Counted from the first letter of the stretch, positions 28,493 through 39,732 are shown. The stretch is 64,000 bases of DNA from an uncultured delta proteobacterium (GCA_963699755.1 CAVOVB010000001.1:1408001-1472000); one strand, 5' to 3'. Numbers and translations are program-made. Notes: generated by a model not told the origin, from the letters alone.

Positions 28493-29607
28493 TCAAGTAC
28501 ATCGGCTCGAAACGGGTACTCGTACCGCACATCGTGCGCGCCGTTTCGGCGTTTCCCGAATCGGGACGCGTGCTCGACTTGTTTTCCGGCACCTCACGGG
28601 TAGCGCGTGGGCTCAAGCAAACGGGCCGTTACGTGATCGCGAACGACCACTTGGCATACGCGTCGACGCTCGCCCTTTGTTATGTGCAGGCCGACGCCGA
28701 TCGCTGGCACGACGAAGCGCGGCAACTGGTCACGCAGCTTTCGCAAGTCAAACCAGAAGCTGGCTACTTCACCAAAGCGTTCTGCGAGGATGCCCGGTAT
28801 TTCCAACCCAAGAACGGCGCACGCATCGACGCCATTCGCGAAGAGATCGTCAGTCGCAACTTGCCCAGCGAGCTAGAGGCGATCGCCCTGGTGTCGCTCA
28901 TGGAAGCTGCCGATCGCGTCGATTCCACGACGGGTGTGCAAATGGCCTACTTGAAACAGTGGGCCTCGCGGGCGTCCAACGATCTCGAGCTTCGGATTCC
29001 GGCGATTCTCCCAGGTCCTGGCGAAGCTCTACAGCTCGATGCGGTCGAGGCGGCGTCGCGGGTCCAGGCGGACATCGCCTATGTCGACCCGCCGTACAAC
29101 CAGCACAGCTATATGGGCAACTATCACATTTGGGAAAGCCTGGTGCGCTGGGACAAGCCCGACACGTACGGGATCGCGAACAAGCGCGTGCACTGCAAGG
29201 AATACAAAAGCGACTTCAACTCCAAGCGTCGCATCCGACAGGGGCTAGAAGCGGTTTTCGAAGCAGTGCGCTGCAAGCACCTCCTCGTCTCATTCAACAA
29301 CGAAGGGCACGTTGACCCTGAAGAGATGATCGAGCTCCTGTCCAAACGAGGGCATGTCGGCGTCGTCGCCGTCGACTTCAAACGATACGTAGGGGCGCAG
29401 ATCGGTATCCACAATCCGAACGGCGAGAAAGTCGGCCGTGTAAGCCACTTACGAAACAAGGAGTACCTCTTCGTCGTGAGCACTCTCCGAAACACGGTTG
29501 ATTCGGTGGTCGAGGCCATCGAGTCGAGCATCGAAAGTGCGGCGCTTGCGTCGCGACCGCAGAAGCGCAAAAGGAAGGGTCATGAATCTGAACGACGTGT
29601 TGAGTGA
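28489..29607 (+). CDS. DNA adenine (N6) methyltransferase, D12/Dam-like class
   Basis: 'KYIGSK', motif I 'DLFSGT', 'IAND', catalytic 'YVDPPY'; ATGA overlap with the kinase stop. Confidence 0.9.
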   Translation: MIKYIGSKRVLVPHIVRAVSAFPESGRVLDLFSGTSRVARGLKQTGRYVIANDHLAYASTLALCYVQADADRWHDEARQLVTQLSQVKPEAGYFTKAFCEDARYFQPKNGARIDAIREEIVSRNLPSELEAIALVSLMEAADRVDSTTGVQMAYLKQWASRASNDLELRIPAILPGPGEALQLDAVEAASRVQADIAYVDPPYNQHSYMGNYHIWESLVRWDKPDTYGIANKRVHCKEYKSDFNSKRRIRQGLEAVFEAVRCKHLLVSFNNEGHVDPEEMIELLSKRGHVGVVAVDFKRYVGAQIGIHNPNGEKVGRVSHLRNKEYLFVVSTLRNTVDSVVEAIESSIESAALASRPQKRKRKGHESERRVE

Positions 29608-30016
29608 CGACGCCCAGCGGGCGTCGATCGTAGAGGATGTGTGCCGCTTGGTGGACGACGAGGTCGCGAAGCAAAAGGGTATCAGCGGGGTCGCGGTCAA
29701 AGCGGGCTACAAGTTGGTCCAAGGCGTGAGGCCTGGGTTCGTGCGCAGGGTCGTGGAATCATTGCTTCCAGAGTTTGCGGCGGCGCTCGAGCCGATTCGG
29801 GAGCAAGCCGAATCGCAGGGGCAATCGGTCGGAAGCTACTTCAGCGCGCACACACAGGAAGTCGCCGAGGCTCTCCTCGCTGTCACCGACGGCCGAGCTC
29901 AAAGCTCCGACCACAGCTCAGTCAAGGGTGCGTATGGCAAGCTCCGCGGCTCGGCCCGCAAGAACGTCGAAAGAGCCGTCCCCGGCCTGGGCGAAATCGT
30001 CGAGAAATACACCTGA
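29582..30016 (+). CDS. Conserved hypothetical protein (DUF6918-like)
   Basis: 'LVDDEVAKQKGISGVAVKAGYKLV...PGF...LLPEF...LLAVTDGRA...Y.KLR..A...V..A.P'; GGAAGG before ATG 29582. Confidence 0.7.
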   Translation: MNLNDVLSDDAQRASIVEDVCRLVDDEVAKQKGISGVAVKAGYKLVQGVRPGFVRRVVESLLPEFAAALEPIREQAESQGQSVGSYFSAHTQEVAEALLAVTDGRAQSSDHSSVKGAYGKLRGSARKNVERAVPGLGEIVEKYT

Positions 30017-30469
30017 ATGCAGTACTTCGAAGATATTCAGGTTGGGGATACCAGGGAGTCGCGCGAGGACTACGAGCTAACCGCGGAAGAGATCGTGAGC
30101 TTCTGCTCGAAGTGGGATCCGCTTCCTTTTCATGTCGACGAGGAGGCCGCGGCGGCGACCCCCGTCGGGAGGCTCTTCACTTCCGCGATTCACTCGGTGG
30201 CGATCGCGATTCGTCTCGGACATCAGATGCAGACCGAGCCAGCGGCGACCGTCATGGGGCTCGGCTGGGACGAGGTTCGCTTTGATACGCCGGCATGCGT
30301 GGGCGATCGCCTTCGACTTCGCGGAGAGATCATCGAGACGCGCGTATCGGAGAGCAAGCCGGGCCTCGGGATCATTCGAAGCCTGTTGACGCTCAGCAAC
30401 CAGCGAGGCGAAACCGTGATCAGGCTCAAAGCCGCGGCGCTGATTCGGCAACGGCCTCAGCAGACCTAG
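30017..30469 (+). CDS. MaoC-like (hot-dog fold) dehydratase
   Basis: 'YFEDIQVG', 'WDPLPFHVDEEAA', 'GLGWDEVRF..P...GD.L', 'NQRGE'. Confidence 0.9.
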   Translation: MQYFEDIQVGDTRESREDYELTAEEIVSFCSKWDPLPFHVDEEAAAATPVGRLFTSAIHSVAIAIRLGHQMQTEPAATVMGLGWDEVRFDTPACVGDRLRLRGEIIETRVSESKPGLGIIRSLLTLSNQRGETVIRLKAAALIRQRPQQT

Positions 30470-31289
30470 CCTTCGCGAGCATCTCGGCCACAGCATCTCG
30501 ACTCCGGTCGCGCAGCTCGGTGACCGCTTCGGGTTCTTCGAGCTCGGGGTTCGGGTAGAGTGGCTTGCCGATATGCACGGTGACCAGGCGATCCTCGGGG
30601 TCTTTGCTAGCTCCCGTGTCGACCTCGTCCCGTGACATCAGTGCAAACGTCCCGCTGATCGCGACCGGCACCACCGGCTTCCCGGCCAAGACCGCGGCCT
30701 GAAACGCGCCGGTCTTGAACGACTTGAGCTTGCCATCCGCGGTACGGGTCCCCTCGGGAAAGACTAGGAGCGGCTTTTCGCCCCGGAGCACGCTCTCGAA
30801 TGCCTCGGTGACGGCGGCGGCCGCGTCTTTGCCTTTGTTGCGGTCTACCGGCACGTGTCCGGCCAGCCTCAGGTGCCAGCCGAGAAACGGAATGTTCATC
30901 ACCGAGCGCTTGGCGGCCCATTTGAAATCGCCCGGAAGCGAGGCCCCGAGCACGAGGATATCGACTAGGCTCTCGTGGTTGCTCACGTAGACGAAGCCGC
31001 CGTCGGGAACGTTCTTCTGGCCTGTCGCTTCGATGTAAATACGAAGGCCCTTGGCGCAAGACTGGCTCCACTTCTTCGCCGCCCAGGTCGAAGCCGCGCC
31101 CCCGCTGATCGGTCCCGCGGTGATCGATACGATGACCCAGCCGACGGTGCGGGCTCCAAACGGAACCCACTGCTGCACCCAGCGCCCGCGCTGGCTCCAA
31201 CCCATTTCACCGCCTTTGCGGAAGATCCCCCACTCGGTGCGCGCCCATTCCACTGTGTCCCTGAGCCCCATTCTGAGCCTGTTTACCAC
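30426..31289 (-). CDS. 1-acyl-sn-glycerol-3-phosphate acyltransferase (PlsC-like)
   Basis: 'NHESLVD', 'PVDR', 'FPEGTR', 'FKTGAF', 'VPVAI'. Confidence 0.9.
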   Translation of the reverse strand: MVNRLRMGLRDTVEWARTEWGIFRKGGEMGWSQRGRWVQQWVPFGARTVGWVIVSITAGPISGGAASTWAAKKWSQSCAKGLRIYIEATGQKNVPDGGFVYVSNHESLVDILVLGASLPGDFKWAAKRSVMNIPFLGWHLRLAGHVPVDRNKGKDAAAAVTEAFESVLRGEKPLLVFPEGTRTADGKLKSFKTGAFQAAVLAGKPVVPVAISGTFALMSRDEVDTGASKDPEDRLVTVHIGKPLYPNPELEEPEAVTELRDRSRDAVAEMLAKARSAEAVAESAPRL

Positions 31290-31324
31290 TCCCCTCGGAC
31301 CATTGAAAGCAACCCGCGCCGCGT

Positions 31325-32488
31325 TCAGGTCATCGTTTGAACCGGACTCGGCGGAACATCGGAAAGATCGAGCGTTTCGGGAAGAGGCCGATACGGAAAC
31401 TGGAAATTCACGGATTTGGCATAGCTATAGAGCGGTGGTCCGTACGAAGTGAAGGGTGTTGGCGCGGAACCCAAAGCCCTCACCGCGCGGCGGTTGTCAT
31501 AGACCATGTCGGCCGCAACGTAGGGGATGAACACACTGAGCAGTGCTCCGATGCGTCGGAGAGGCCCGAGCCTCGAAACCCTGGCGAGCGCGTCCATCGT
31601 GCGTGCGAAGGGTACGGCAAGCCCACCCGCGAAACTTGGCGTCCGTTTTCCGAGTGAAACCGAAAACGCTTCTGCGATTTCTCCAATCGACCGCGCTTCG
31701 CTGCCCGAGCTGAGGTGGTAGGTCTCGTGTTCGAGGTCCTCGCGTAGGTGCAGCTCGGCGATGCCGTGGCCTACCCAGTCGGCGTTCACGACGTCGAGAC
31801 GAATGTCGCGATCGAGTGGCAAGATTGGCAGGTCGGTCAGTGCGCAGAGTGCCCGTACCATATCAAACTGCGTCGTCTCCGGGAAACGCGAGTCCCCGAT
31901 GACGCTGCTAGGGCGAAGAACCAGGCAAGGCACGTCTGGCAAGAGCTCTCGCACCATGTGCTCGCAGAATTTCTTGGTCCGCGTGTACGGATTGAAATCA
32001 GGCTGGCTCCAATCGAGCGGCTCCTCTTCCATCACGCTTGCCCCGGGCCGATTGCCCGCAACCGCAACCGTCGACACGAAGGTGAAGCGTCGCAGGGGAT
32101 GGTCCTCTTGAATGGCGCGCGCGAGCTTGATCATCGAGAGTGTGCCGCGAAGATTGTGGTTTGTGCACGCTCGCTCCGAACGGAAGTTGAGGGCCGCCGC
32201 ATCATGGAGTACCGACTCGGCGTTCGAGATGAGCCAGTCGTAGTCTGCCGTCGAGATTCCCAGGTTGGGGGCGGCAAGATCGCCGCTGATGAAGCAGATG
32301 CGATCCAGATGTCGATGGAATTCGTCCGCGTTCATGTGCAGCTGAAGGGACTGCCAAAGCCGCTCGACGCCGGCGTCGCAGTCGGGCGCGCGCACCAGCA
32401 GGGCGAGCTCATGGTCGCTATGGCGAAGGAGCCATTCGGTGATGTAAGAGCCGATGTAGCCCGTCGATCCGGTCATCAGAATCGCCAT
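31325..32488 (-). CDS. SDR / fatty acyl-CoA (thioester) reductase-like protein
   Basis: 'TGSTGYIG', 'GDLAAPNLGI', 'NLRGT', 'VSTVAVAG', 'YTRTK', 'RPS.V.GD'. Confidence 0.85.
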   Translation of the reverse strand: MAILMTGSTGYIGSYITEWLLRHSDHELALLVRAPDCDAGVERLWQSLQLHMNADEFHRHLDRICFISGDLAAPNLGISTADYDWLISNAESVLHDAAALNFRSERACTNHNLRGTLSMIKLARAIQEDHPLRRFTFVSTVAVAGNRPGASVMEEEPLDWSQPDFNPYTRTKKFCEHMVRELLPDVPCLVLRPSSVIGDSRFPETTQFDMVRALCALTDLPILPLDRDIRLDVVNADWVGHGIAELHLREDLEHETYHLSSGSEARSIGEIAEAFSVSLGKRTPSFAGGLAVPFARTMDALARVSRLGPLRRIGALLSVFIPYVAADMVYDNRRAVRALGSAPTPFTSYGPPLYSYAKSVNFQFPYRPLPETLDLSDVPPSPVQTMT

Positions 32489-32494
32489 CGACGC

Positions 32495-33322
32495 TCAGCG
32501 TTGTGGGCTTTGAGGGGAAGTCAAGAGTGAGAGCAGATCGTCGGGGGCGTCGACATGGACCCAGTGACCGGCGCCCTCGACTAAGTACTCAGAAACCTGT
32601 GGATTTCGCGCGGCGATTCGTTCGAGCCGTGCCCGATCGTCGAGCGAGAACGCCATGGACCGACCGCCGATGACGAGACCAAGCGTGCAGCCCTTTGGCG
32701 GCGCTTCGACCAAGTCCCAGCAGTCGGTTCGCGCGTAGTCTCGAATGAGCTCGTCGATCACCGAGAGGTCCGGTCCGAACTCGCGTCCGCCATCCTCGGT
32801 TCTGCGAAGGTTCATCGCGAGCCACTGCGCGATCGCTTCCGCTTGTCCAGCCTCGACGAGCGCCGCGACGAACGCTTCGCGGGATGCCCAGCGCCGGGGC
32901 AGCCTCTTGAGCGTTCGGAGCACCTCCGCTGTCGCGCTGGCATCTTGCTCGGGCGTGTTCGCAGAGGGCGATGCGTCGATGACCCAGGCCTCGGTCGTCT
33001 GGCCCGCGCGCGAATGCAACCAGAGCAGGACGACTTTGCCGCCGAAGCTATGGCCGACGGCGCCGCCAACGGGTCGCGCGAGCGAGTGCTCGAGCTCGGC
33101 TAGATCGTCTGCCACCGCTTGCAGGCCGTGCGGTCCGGGCCGTCCGAGGGAATCCCCATGCTCACGGAGGTCGACGAGCACCGCGCCCCAGTTCGGCCTC
33201 GCCTCGACGAAACGCCGCGCGATGCCTCGCCAGTTCGAGCGGCTCCCCAGAATCCCGTGGAGAAAGAACATGAATTGAGCTGGCTCGGCCGATCTTGCCT
33301 CGATGATGCTGTGGGCGAGCAT
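32495..33322 (-). CDS. Alpha/beta-fold hydrolase (esterase)
   Basis: 'HGILGS', 'DLREHGDS', 'GHSFGG', 'AGHWVHVD'. Confidence 0.92.
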   Translation of the reverse strand: MLAHSIIEARSAEPAQFMFFLHGILGSRSNWRGIARRFVEARPNWGAVLVDLREHGDSLGRPGPHGLQAVADDLAELEHSLARPVGGAVGHSFGGKVVLLWLHSRAGQTTEAWVIDASPSANTPEQDASATAEVLRTLKRLPRRWASREAFVAALVEAGQAEAIAQWLAMNLRRTEDGGREFGPDLSVIDELIRDYARTDCWDLVEAPPKGCTLGLVIGGRSMAFSLDDRARLERIAARNPQVSEYLVEGAGHWVHVDAPDDLLSLLTSPQSPQR

Positions 33323-33357
33323 GAGCTTGGCTTACCACGAAAGCCGGCAGGACCCGA

Positions 33358-34059
33358 CTACTGGGCTGCAGTCGGCGTCGGCACGAGCGGGACGAGCTGC
33401 AGCAGCGCTTTTTCAAGCCGGTGGACCGCGCTGTCCGACAGCGGGCGCCGCCTCGCGCGCGCGGAAGCTCTGTCCAGGCCATCGAGGTAGCTTCGCATCT
33501 TTCGCCTCGCCTCATGGATGCGCCAGGCAACCGTCCCATCGGTTGTCTCGAGAACAACGGCCGCTTCTTTGTAGTTCAGGCCCTGAAGTGCCGTTAGGAC
33601 GACGGTCGTTTGGAGCAATGGGGAAAGCTGATCGAAAGCCTCGAGCAACGCGCGATACCGATCGCGAAGGTGAACTGCGCGTTCGGGGTCGCCATCTGAG
33701 TCCACTGCAACCGCTGCGAGGAGGCGCGGGTCGTCCAGTGTGACAGTCGGCCTTCGTCTCTTGTCACGCTTCACATTGAGGGCCCGATGCATGGTGATCC
33801 GGTAGATCCAGGTGAAGAACTCGCTTCGTCCCTCGAACTCCGAGAGCTTGTGGTATGCCTTGAGAAAGGCGTCCTGTGTGATGTCGTCCGCGTCGCTCGC
33901 CTGACCGGTCAGATGGAGTGCAAGCGCGTACACGCGCGGCCTGTACTTTCGCACCAGCTCATCAAACGCGGCCGAGTCGCCCCGCTTGGCTCGGTTCACG
34001 AGCTGGCTAGCTTCCGCCCCCCGCCGCGCCGCTTCCGATGCCTCCGGTTTCTGTCTCAA
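33358..34059 (-). CDS. ECF RNA polymerase sigma factor (sigma-70 family)
   Basis: 'AFDELVRKY', 'ADDITQDAF', 'FFTWIYRI', region 4 'GLNYKEAA...GTV..RIHEAR'. Confidence 0.92.
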   Translation of the reverse strand: MRQKPEASEAARRGAEASQLVNRAKRGDSAAFDELVRKYRPRVYALALHLTGQASDADDITQDAFLKAYHKLSEFEGRSEFFTWIYRITMHRALNVKRDKRRRPTVTLDDPRLLAAVAVDSDGDPERAVHLRDRYRALLEAFDQLSPLLQTTVVLTALQGLNYKEAAVVLETTDGTVAWRIHEARRKMRSYLDGLDRASARARRRPLSDSAVHRLEKALLQLVPLVPTPTAAQ

Positions 34060-34286
34060 TAGCCCCCCGTCTGTTCAGGACCCCTAAAGGCTACTCAGTT
34101 TCCTGGCCCAGACCCAAATCCATAGGCGATGATCGCTTGTGGGACAGTGTAGGATACCAGCTCTTCAACCGGCACCACCTCGCTTGAAACGCCCAAACCA
34201 AGCTGTTACATGCAACCCGCCTGCACTCTGAAGCCCCTGGAAATGGTGGGGAATTCTCTCTTTTGCACTCCCTGGTTCTCGTCTGA

Positions 34287-35363
<1,077 letters not shown>

Positions 35364-35385
35364 CGCGAGGAGCAAGAACGCGGCG

Positions 35386-36234
35386 ATGAACTACTTCCAG
35401 ACAATACGAGATGCCGCCATCTTGCTTGCCCTCCTGATCATCCCCGCCGTCTTCCTGCGCGCCAGCCTCAGAGACCCGTCCGAGCTCTCTTGGTTGGATC
35501 GAGCATTGATTCAGCTGAGCGGCCCGGTTCAATACGTTGCCGAATGGGCAGCCGACGGTGTGACGGGCGTCATCGAGGACTACGTCTACCTGCTGGATGT
35601 CAAAAGCGACAACGATCACCTCCGTGCGGAGAACGATCGGCTTCAACGAGAGATGCGAACCCTGCGTTCCAACGCGCAGCAGGTTCGGGAGCTCGAGTCG
35701 TTGCTGGGTTTGCGCGAGCGCTTGGCGACTGAGACGAGAACGGCCCGCGTCATCGCCAAAGACATCTCGCCCTCCTTCCGTGTCGTTCGGCTCGCGGTCG
35801 ATCAGGGCGAGCAAGCGGGTTTGCATGCAGGAATGCCCGTTGTCGCCAACCAAGGGCTCGTCGGTCAGATTCGACGCGTGTCGGGTCGCTTTGCCGATGT
35901 CCTGTTGACGATTGATCCGGAAAGTCGTGTCGATGTCGTTGTCGGCGAAGGTCGGGCTCGCGGGAGAATCGAAGGGCTCGGCGAGCGTGGCCGATATCGG
36001 TGCCGCATCCAATTCGACCGCAGCGATGACCAGGTTGCGGTCGGGGATGAGGTCTTCACGTCGGGCCTCGGCAAGAAATTCCCCCCGTCGATCCTCATTG
36101 GCTACATCAGCGAGATCGGCGAACAGGAGTTCGGCCTTTACCAGGAAGGCGAAGTCGCTCCGGCGGTGGATTTCACGAGACTCGACGAGGTGCTGATCCT
36201 GACGTCTGGGCCCAAGGACCCGGACGCGCTCTAG
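35386..36234 (+). CDS. mreC: Rod shape-determining protein MreC
   Basis: TM + coiled coil, 'GLVGQI', 'TSGLG..FP..I.IG', 'PAVDF'; follows mreB. Confidence 0.95.
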   Translation: MNYFQTIRDAAILLALLIIPAVFLRASLRDPSELSWLDRALIQLSGPVQYVAEWAADGVTGVIEDYVYLLDVKSDNDHLRAENDRLQREMRTLRSNAQQVRELESLLGLRERLATETRTARVIAKDISPSFRVVRLAVDQGEQAGLHAGMPVVANQGLVGQIRRVSGRFADVLLTIDPESRVDVVVGEGRARGRIEGLGERGRYRCRIQFDRSDDQVAVGDEVFTSGLGKKFPPSILIGYISEIGEQEFGLYQEGEVAPAVDFTRLDEVLILTSGPKDPDAL

Positions 36235-36235
36235 G

Positions 36236-36760
36236 GTGGGCAGCATGCAGCGCGTTCGAGGAAGCTTGATCATCGTTCTAGTCGCGTTTGCGATGCTGCT
36301 CCTGCAGTCGGTCTTTTCGACCGTGCTAGCCCCTCATCCGTTCTCGCCCTATCTGGGACTGCCTCTGGTCTACGCCTTGGCAACGGCTCCGGGCGTGCGA
36401 CCGCTTCGCGGGGCTCTGACAGCCTTTGCCATCGGCTACTCATACGACCTCTTCACAGGGAACCCGCTCGGTCTCCACACCTTCGTCTTCGTGCTCGGCT
36501 ACTTCGCCTCCTGGCTCATCGGTTACCTCCTGCCGTTTCGCGGCATCGTCTTCGAGATGGCATTCAGCTTCGTGCTGACCCTGCTTCTCGGGGGCTTGCT
36601 CGAGCTCATTCGCGGTTTCACACCAGGGGGCATCGCTCGCAGCGCTGCGACCCTGAGCGTCACGCTCTTTGCCTCGGCTTTTGCGACGGCTCTCCTCGCG
36701 CCGATCTTGTTCGCGCTGGTTCGTTCGGTCGACCCCGAATCTGAGAGAACGCCAACATGA
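36236..36760 (+). CDS. mreD: Rod shape-determining protein MreD
   Basis: Polytopic membrane protein with 'G...DLFTG.PLG' between mreC and mrdA. Confidence 0.85.
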   Translation: MGSMQRVRGSLIIVLVAFAMLLLQSVFSTVLAPHPFSPYLGLPLVYALATAPGVRPLRGALTAFAIGYSYDLFTGNPLGLHTFVFVLGYFASWLIGYLLPFRGIVFEMAFSFVLTLLLGGLLELIRGFTPGGIARSAATLSVTLFASAFATALLAPILFALVRSVDPESERTPT

Positions 36761-38619
36761 TTACGCTCTCTCAGAGAAGAGAGGTCGGGGAGTTCCGGAA
36801 GCGATATCGCTGGATGGCCCTATTCGTCGTCCTGGTGTTCGGTGGGATCATCGTTCGTGTCGCGCAAGTGCAGCTCTTTCAGCGCGACCGATGGTCAGGC
36901 ATCGCACAGCAGAACATCACCAAAACCCAGGAGCTTCCTGCCGCACGCGGAGTCATTCGAGACATCGCAGGCCGTGTCGTTGCGTCGAACAGGCCCTCCT
37001 ACGACGTCTACACGACCCCGCGATTGCTCCAGCCCGAAGACTTGGATCGCATCGGGGGCCTGATGGACCTGAACGAAGAAGACCAGGCAGCGCTGCACGC
37101 GCGAATCGACCAGCTTCCCATGAGCCGACGCAGCCAGCAGCTCGAGCTCTTCGGTGACATCGATCGCGAGCAGCTCGCCGCATTGGAAACGCATTTGGCG
37201 GAGCTCCCTGCGCTCGATATCGTCACGGTGCCTCTTCGCGACTACCCCTATGCCACGCTTGGCGCGCACTTGATTGGCTACCTGAATGAGGTCAACGCCG
37301 AGGACATTGCGCGTGCTGCCGACCCGGGGGCCTATCGGTCAGGCGATCGAATCGGACGCAGCGGGCTCGAAAAGCGCTACGAAGCCTTGCTAAAGGGGTC
37401 ACGCGGCTTTCGACGGCAGGTGGTGGACGCCAGGGGCAAGACCCTCGAAGGAACCCGGCCCGACTCGCTCGAAGTCGAGATGCTCAAAAAGCCAATACCC
37501 GGGCACGACATCCAGCTGACGATCGACATGCAGCTGATGGAGGCGTTCGACCACGCGTTTCGGCCCTATCCTTCGGGGGCAGCGGTTGTCGTCGACATCC
37601 ACACCGGAGCGGTTCGTGCGCTCTACTCGAAGCCGGCGTACGACCCAAACGTGATGAGCAGCGGGCTCAGCACGAGAGATTACGCAGCGCTCACCGCCGA
37701 CCCGTTTCGACCCTTGATCGACAAGACGATGTATGAAACCTATTTCCCAGGCTCGACCTTCAAACCCTTCACGGCCCTGGCGGCACTCGAAGATGCGGTG
37801 GTCGATCCAGCGCAGCGTGTCGAATGCCTCGGTTCGCTCAAGATCGGCCGTCAGAAGTTTCGCTGCAACAAGCGCCATGACTGGGTCGATCTCTACGAGG
37901 CGGTAGTCGAGTCCTGCAACGTGTACTTCTGGGCGCTCGCCGAAGAGGTTGGCCTCGAGCGAATCAACCGATACGCACGGGCTTTTGGATTCGCGGATAG
38001 CACCGGCATCGGCGTCAACAGCGAGGCGAAAGGATTCTTGGCTACCCGCGAATGGTACGAAGAGCATTACGGGAGATTCCGGACCGGCTACACGCTCAAC
38101 ACGGCTATCGGGCAGGGCAACACGCGCGTGACCGTCCTTCAGCTTGCTTTGGCGTACGCTGCAATAGCGAACGGTGGAAGCTTGTACGTTCCCCAGGTCG
38201 TCCAAAACGTCAGGGCGCCAGACGGCTCTCTTTCTGAGACCTTCCAGCCACGGATCAAGCGGGAGGTCGGTGTTGCTCCGCAGCATCTAGAGCTGATGCG
38301 CCGTGCGCTCATCGATGTCGTTCAGGACGAGTCCGGTACGGCATACCGGGCGCGCAACAAGGACGGGGTGTCAGTGGCTGGCAAGACCGGCACCGCTCAG
38401 GTCGTCAGCCGAAAGGGGCGGTCCGAAGAATCCTCGAGCGCCTGGTACCTCGACCGCTCGCACGGCTGGTTTGCAGGTTTCGCCCCTGCGAAGGACCCTC
38501 AGGTGGCCTTTGCCGTCCTCGTCGAGCACGGTGGATCGGGCGGCGCGAGCGCAGCGCCGATTGCCACCTCGGTCATGCAGCAGTACCTGAGTGAGCCCGA
38601 GGCCAAGGAGGCGCAGTAG
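36757..38619 (+). CDS. mrdA: Penicillin-binding protein 2
   Basis: 'RG.I.D..G', SxxK 'GSTFK', SxN 'SCNVYF', KTG 'GKTGTAQ'. Confidence 0.96.
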   Translation: MITLSQRREVGEFRKRYRWMALFVVLVFGGIIVRVAQVQLFQRDRWSGIAQQNITKTQELPAARGVIRDIAGRVVASNRPSYDVYTTPRLLQPEDLDRIGGLMDLNEEDQAALHARIDQLPMSRRSQQLELFGDIDREQLAALETHLAELPALDIVTVPLRDYPYATLGAHLIGYLNEVNAEDIARAADPGAYRSGDRIGRSGLEKRYEALLKGSRGFRRQVVDARGKTLEGTRPDSLEVEMLKKPIPGHDIQLTIDMQLMEAFDHAFRPYPSGAAVVVDIHTGAVRALYSKPAYDPNVMSSGLSTRDYAALTADPFRPLIDKTMYETYFPGSTFKPFTALAALEDAVVDPAQRVECLGSLKIGRQKFRCNKRHDWVDLYEAVVESCNVYFWALAEEVGLERINRYARAFGFADSTGIGVNSEAKGFLATREWYEEHYGRFRTGYTLNTAIGQGNTRVTVLQLALAYAAIANGGSLYVPQVVQNVRAPDGSLSETFQPRIKREVGVAPQHLELMRRALIDVVQDESGTAYRARNKDGVSVAGKTGTAQVVSRKGRSEESSSAWYLDRSHGWFAGFAPAKDPQVAFAVLVEHGGSGGASAAPIATSVMQQYLSEPEAKEAQ

Positions 38620-38622
38620 TAG

Positions 38623-39732
38623 ATGGCGATCGGCAGAACCATTCGCGACGACTTCGATTGGCCGCTCTTCATCGCGGTGTCGACCATCGCCCTGTTCGGG
38701 GTGCTCAACCTCTATAGCGCGACCGAGGGCGGCACCACCTCGGATGCCTACGTCCAGCAGCTCTACTGGCTGATTCTCGGATTCGCGGTTGCTGCGCTGA
38801 CCGTGGCCGTCGATTACCGGCACTTCGAGCGCTATGGCTGGCTGATCTACGGCGCCTGCATTCTCGCGCTGGTCCTGGTGTTCGTTCTCGGCAGAAGTGT
38901 CAGAGGCTCCACGCGCTGGATCGCGCTTGGCGGCTTTTCGTTTCAACCGAGCGAGCTCATGAAGATCGGCCTGATCATCGCGCTTGCAAAGTATCTGCAC
39001 CACGACACCAAGACCGGAGGCCGCACCCTCGTCGACTTGGTCATCCCCGGGTTGATCCTGGCGCTGCCCATGGGTCTGGTTCTCCTACAGCCCGACCTCG
39101 GGACCGCGATGGTGCTCGCGTTCATCTTCGCGAGCATCATGATGCTGACCCAGCTCAAAATGCGCTCGGTCGTCACGCTGCTCGCGACCTTCGTGGTCGC
39201 AGCTCCTGTGACTTGGTTCTACCTGTTGAAAGACTACCAAAAGGAGCGAATAACGGCTTTTTGGGACCGCTTGGGAGGGACGCAGACCGATCTCTTGGAC
39301 TCGGGTTGGCACACGCACCAGTCGCTGGTCGCGATCGGAAGCGGCGGGCTCACCGGCAAAGGCTTCACCCAGGGGACGCAGACCCGCTTTCGCTTCCTCC
39401 CCGACCAACACACCGATTTCCCTTTCCCCGTCTGGGCCGAGGAGCACGGGTTCATCGGAGCCGTGCTTCTGATCAGCCTGTACTTGTTTCTGGTTCTCTG
39501 GTCCCTGCGGATCGCATCTCAGGCCAAGGACCGTTTCGGCGCCGTGGTCGCCGTTGGCGTCGGCGCCATGATCTTTTGGCAAACCGTCGTCAATCTTGGG
39601 ATGGTCTCGGGGCTACTGCCCGTCGTCGGGATGACCCTGCCTTTGTTCTCCTACGGCGGATCGAGCTTGCTCTCGACCATGTTGGGCCTGGGTTTGCTGA
39701 TGAACGTGTCGATGCGGAGGTTTACACATTGA
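38623..39732 (+). CDS. rodA: Rod shape-determining SEDS protein RodA
   Basis: 'GSTRWI', 'QPSE..K', 'QPDLGT', 'AIGSGG..GKG', 'HTDF.F...EE.G', 'SYGGSS'. Confidence 0.96.
   Translation: MAIGRTIRDDFDWPLFIAVSTIALFGVLNLYSATEGGTTSDAYVQQLYWLILGFAVAALTVAVDYRHFERYGWLIYGACILALVLVFVLGRSVRGSTRWIALGGFSFQPSELMKIGLIIALAKYLHHDTKTGGRTLVDLVIPGLILALPMGLVLLQPDLGTAMVLAFIFASIMMLTQLKMRSVVTLLATFVVAAPVTWFYLLKDYQKERITAFWDRLGGTQTDLLDSGWHTHQSLVAIGSGGLTGKGFTQGTQTRFRFLPDQHTDFPFPVWAEEHGFIGAVLLISLYLFLVLWSLRIASQAKDRFGAVVAVGVGAMIFWQTVVNLGMVSGLLPVVGMTLPLFSYGGSSLLSTMLGLGLLMNVSMRRFTH

Noticed and set aside
28489..30016. Type II restriction-modification system
   Set aside because: The gene after the MTase is a small helical protein with no PD-(D/E)xK, HNH or GIY-YIG motif I can see.
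39213..39728. N-terminal extension of the carbon-nitrogen hydrolase suggesting a fusion
   Set aside because: Off-frame read of rodA; the hydrolase domain begins at the rodA stop.
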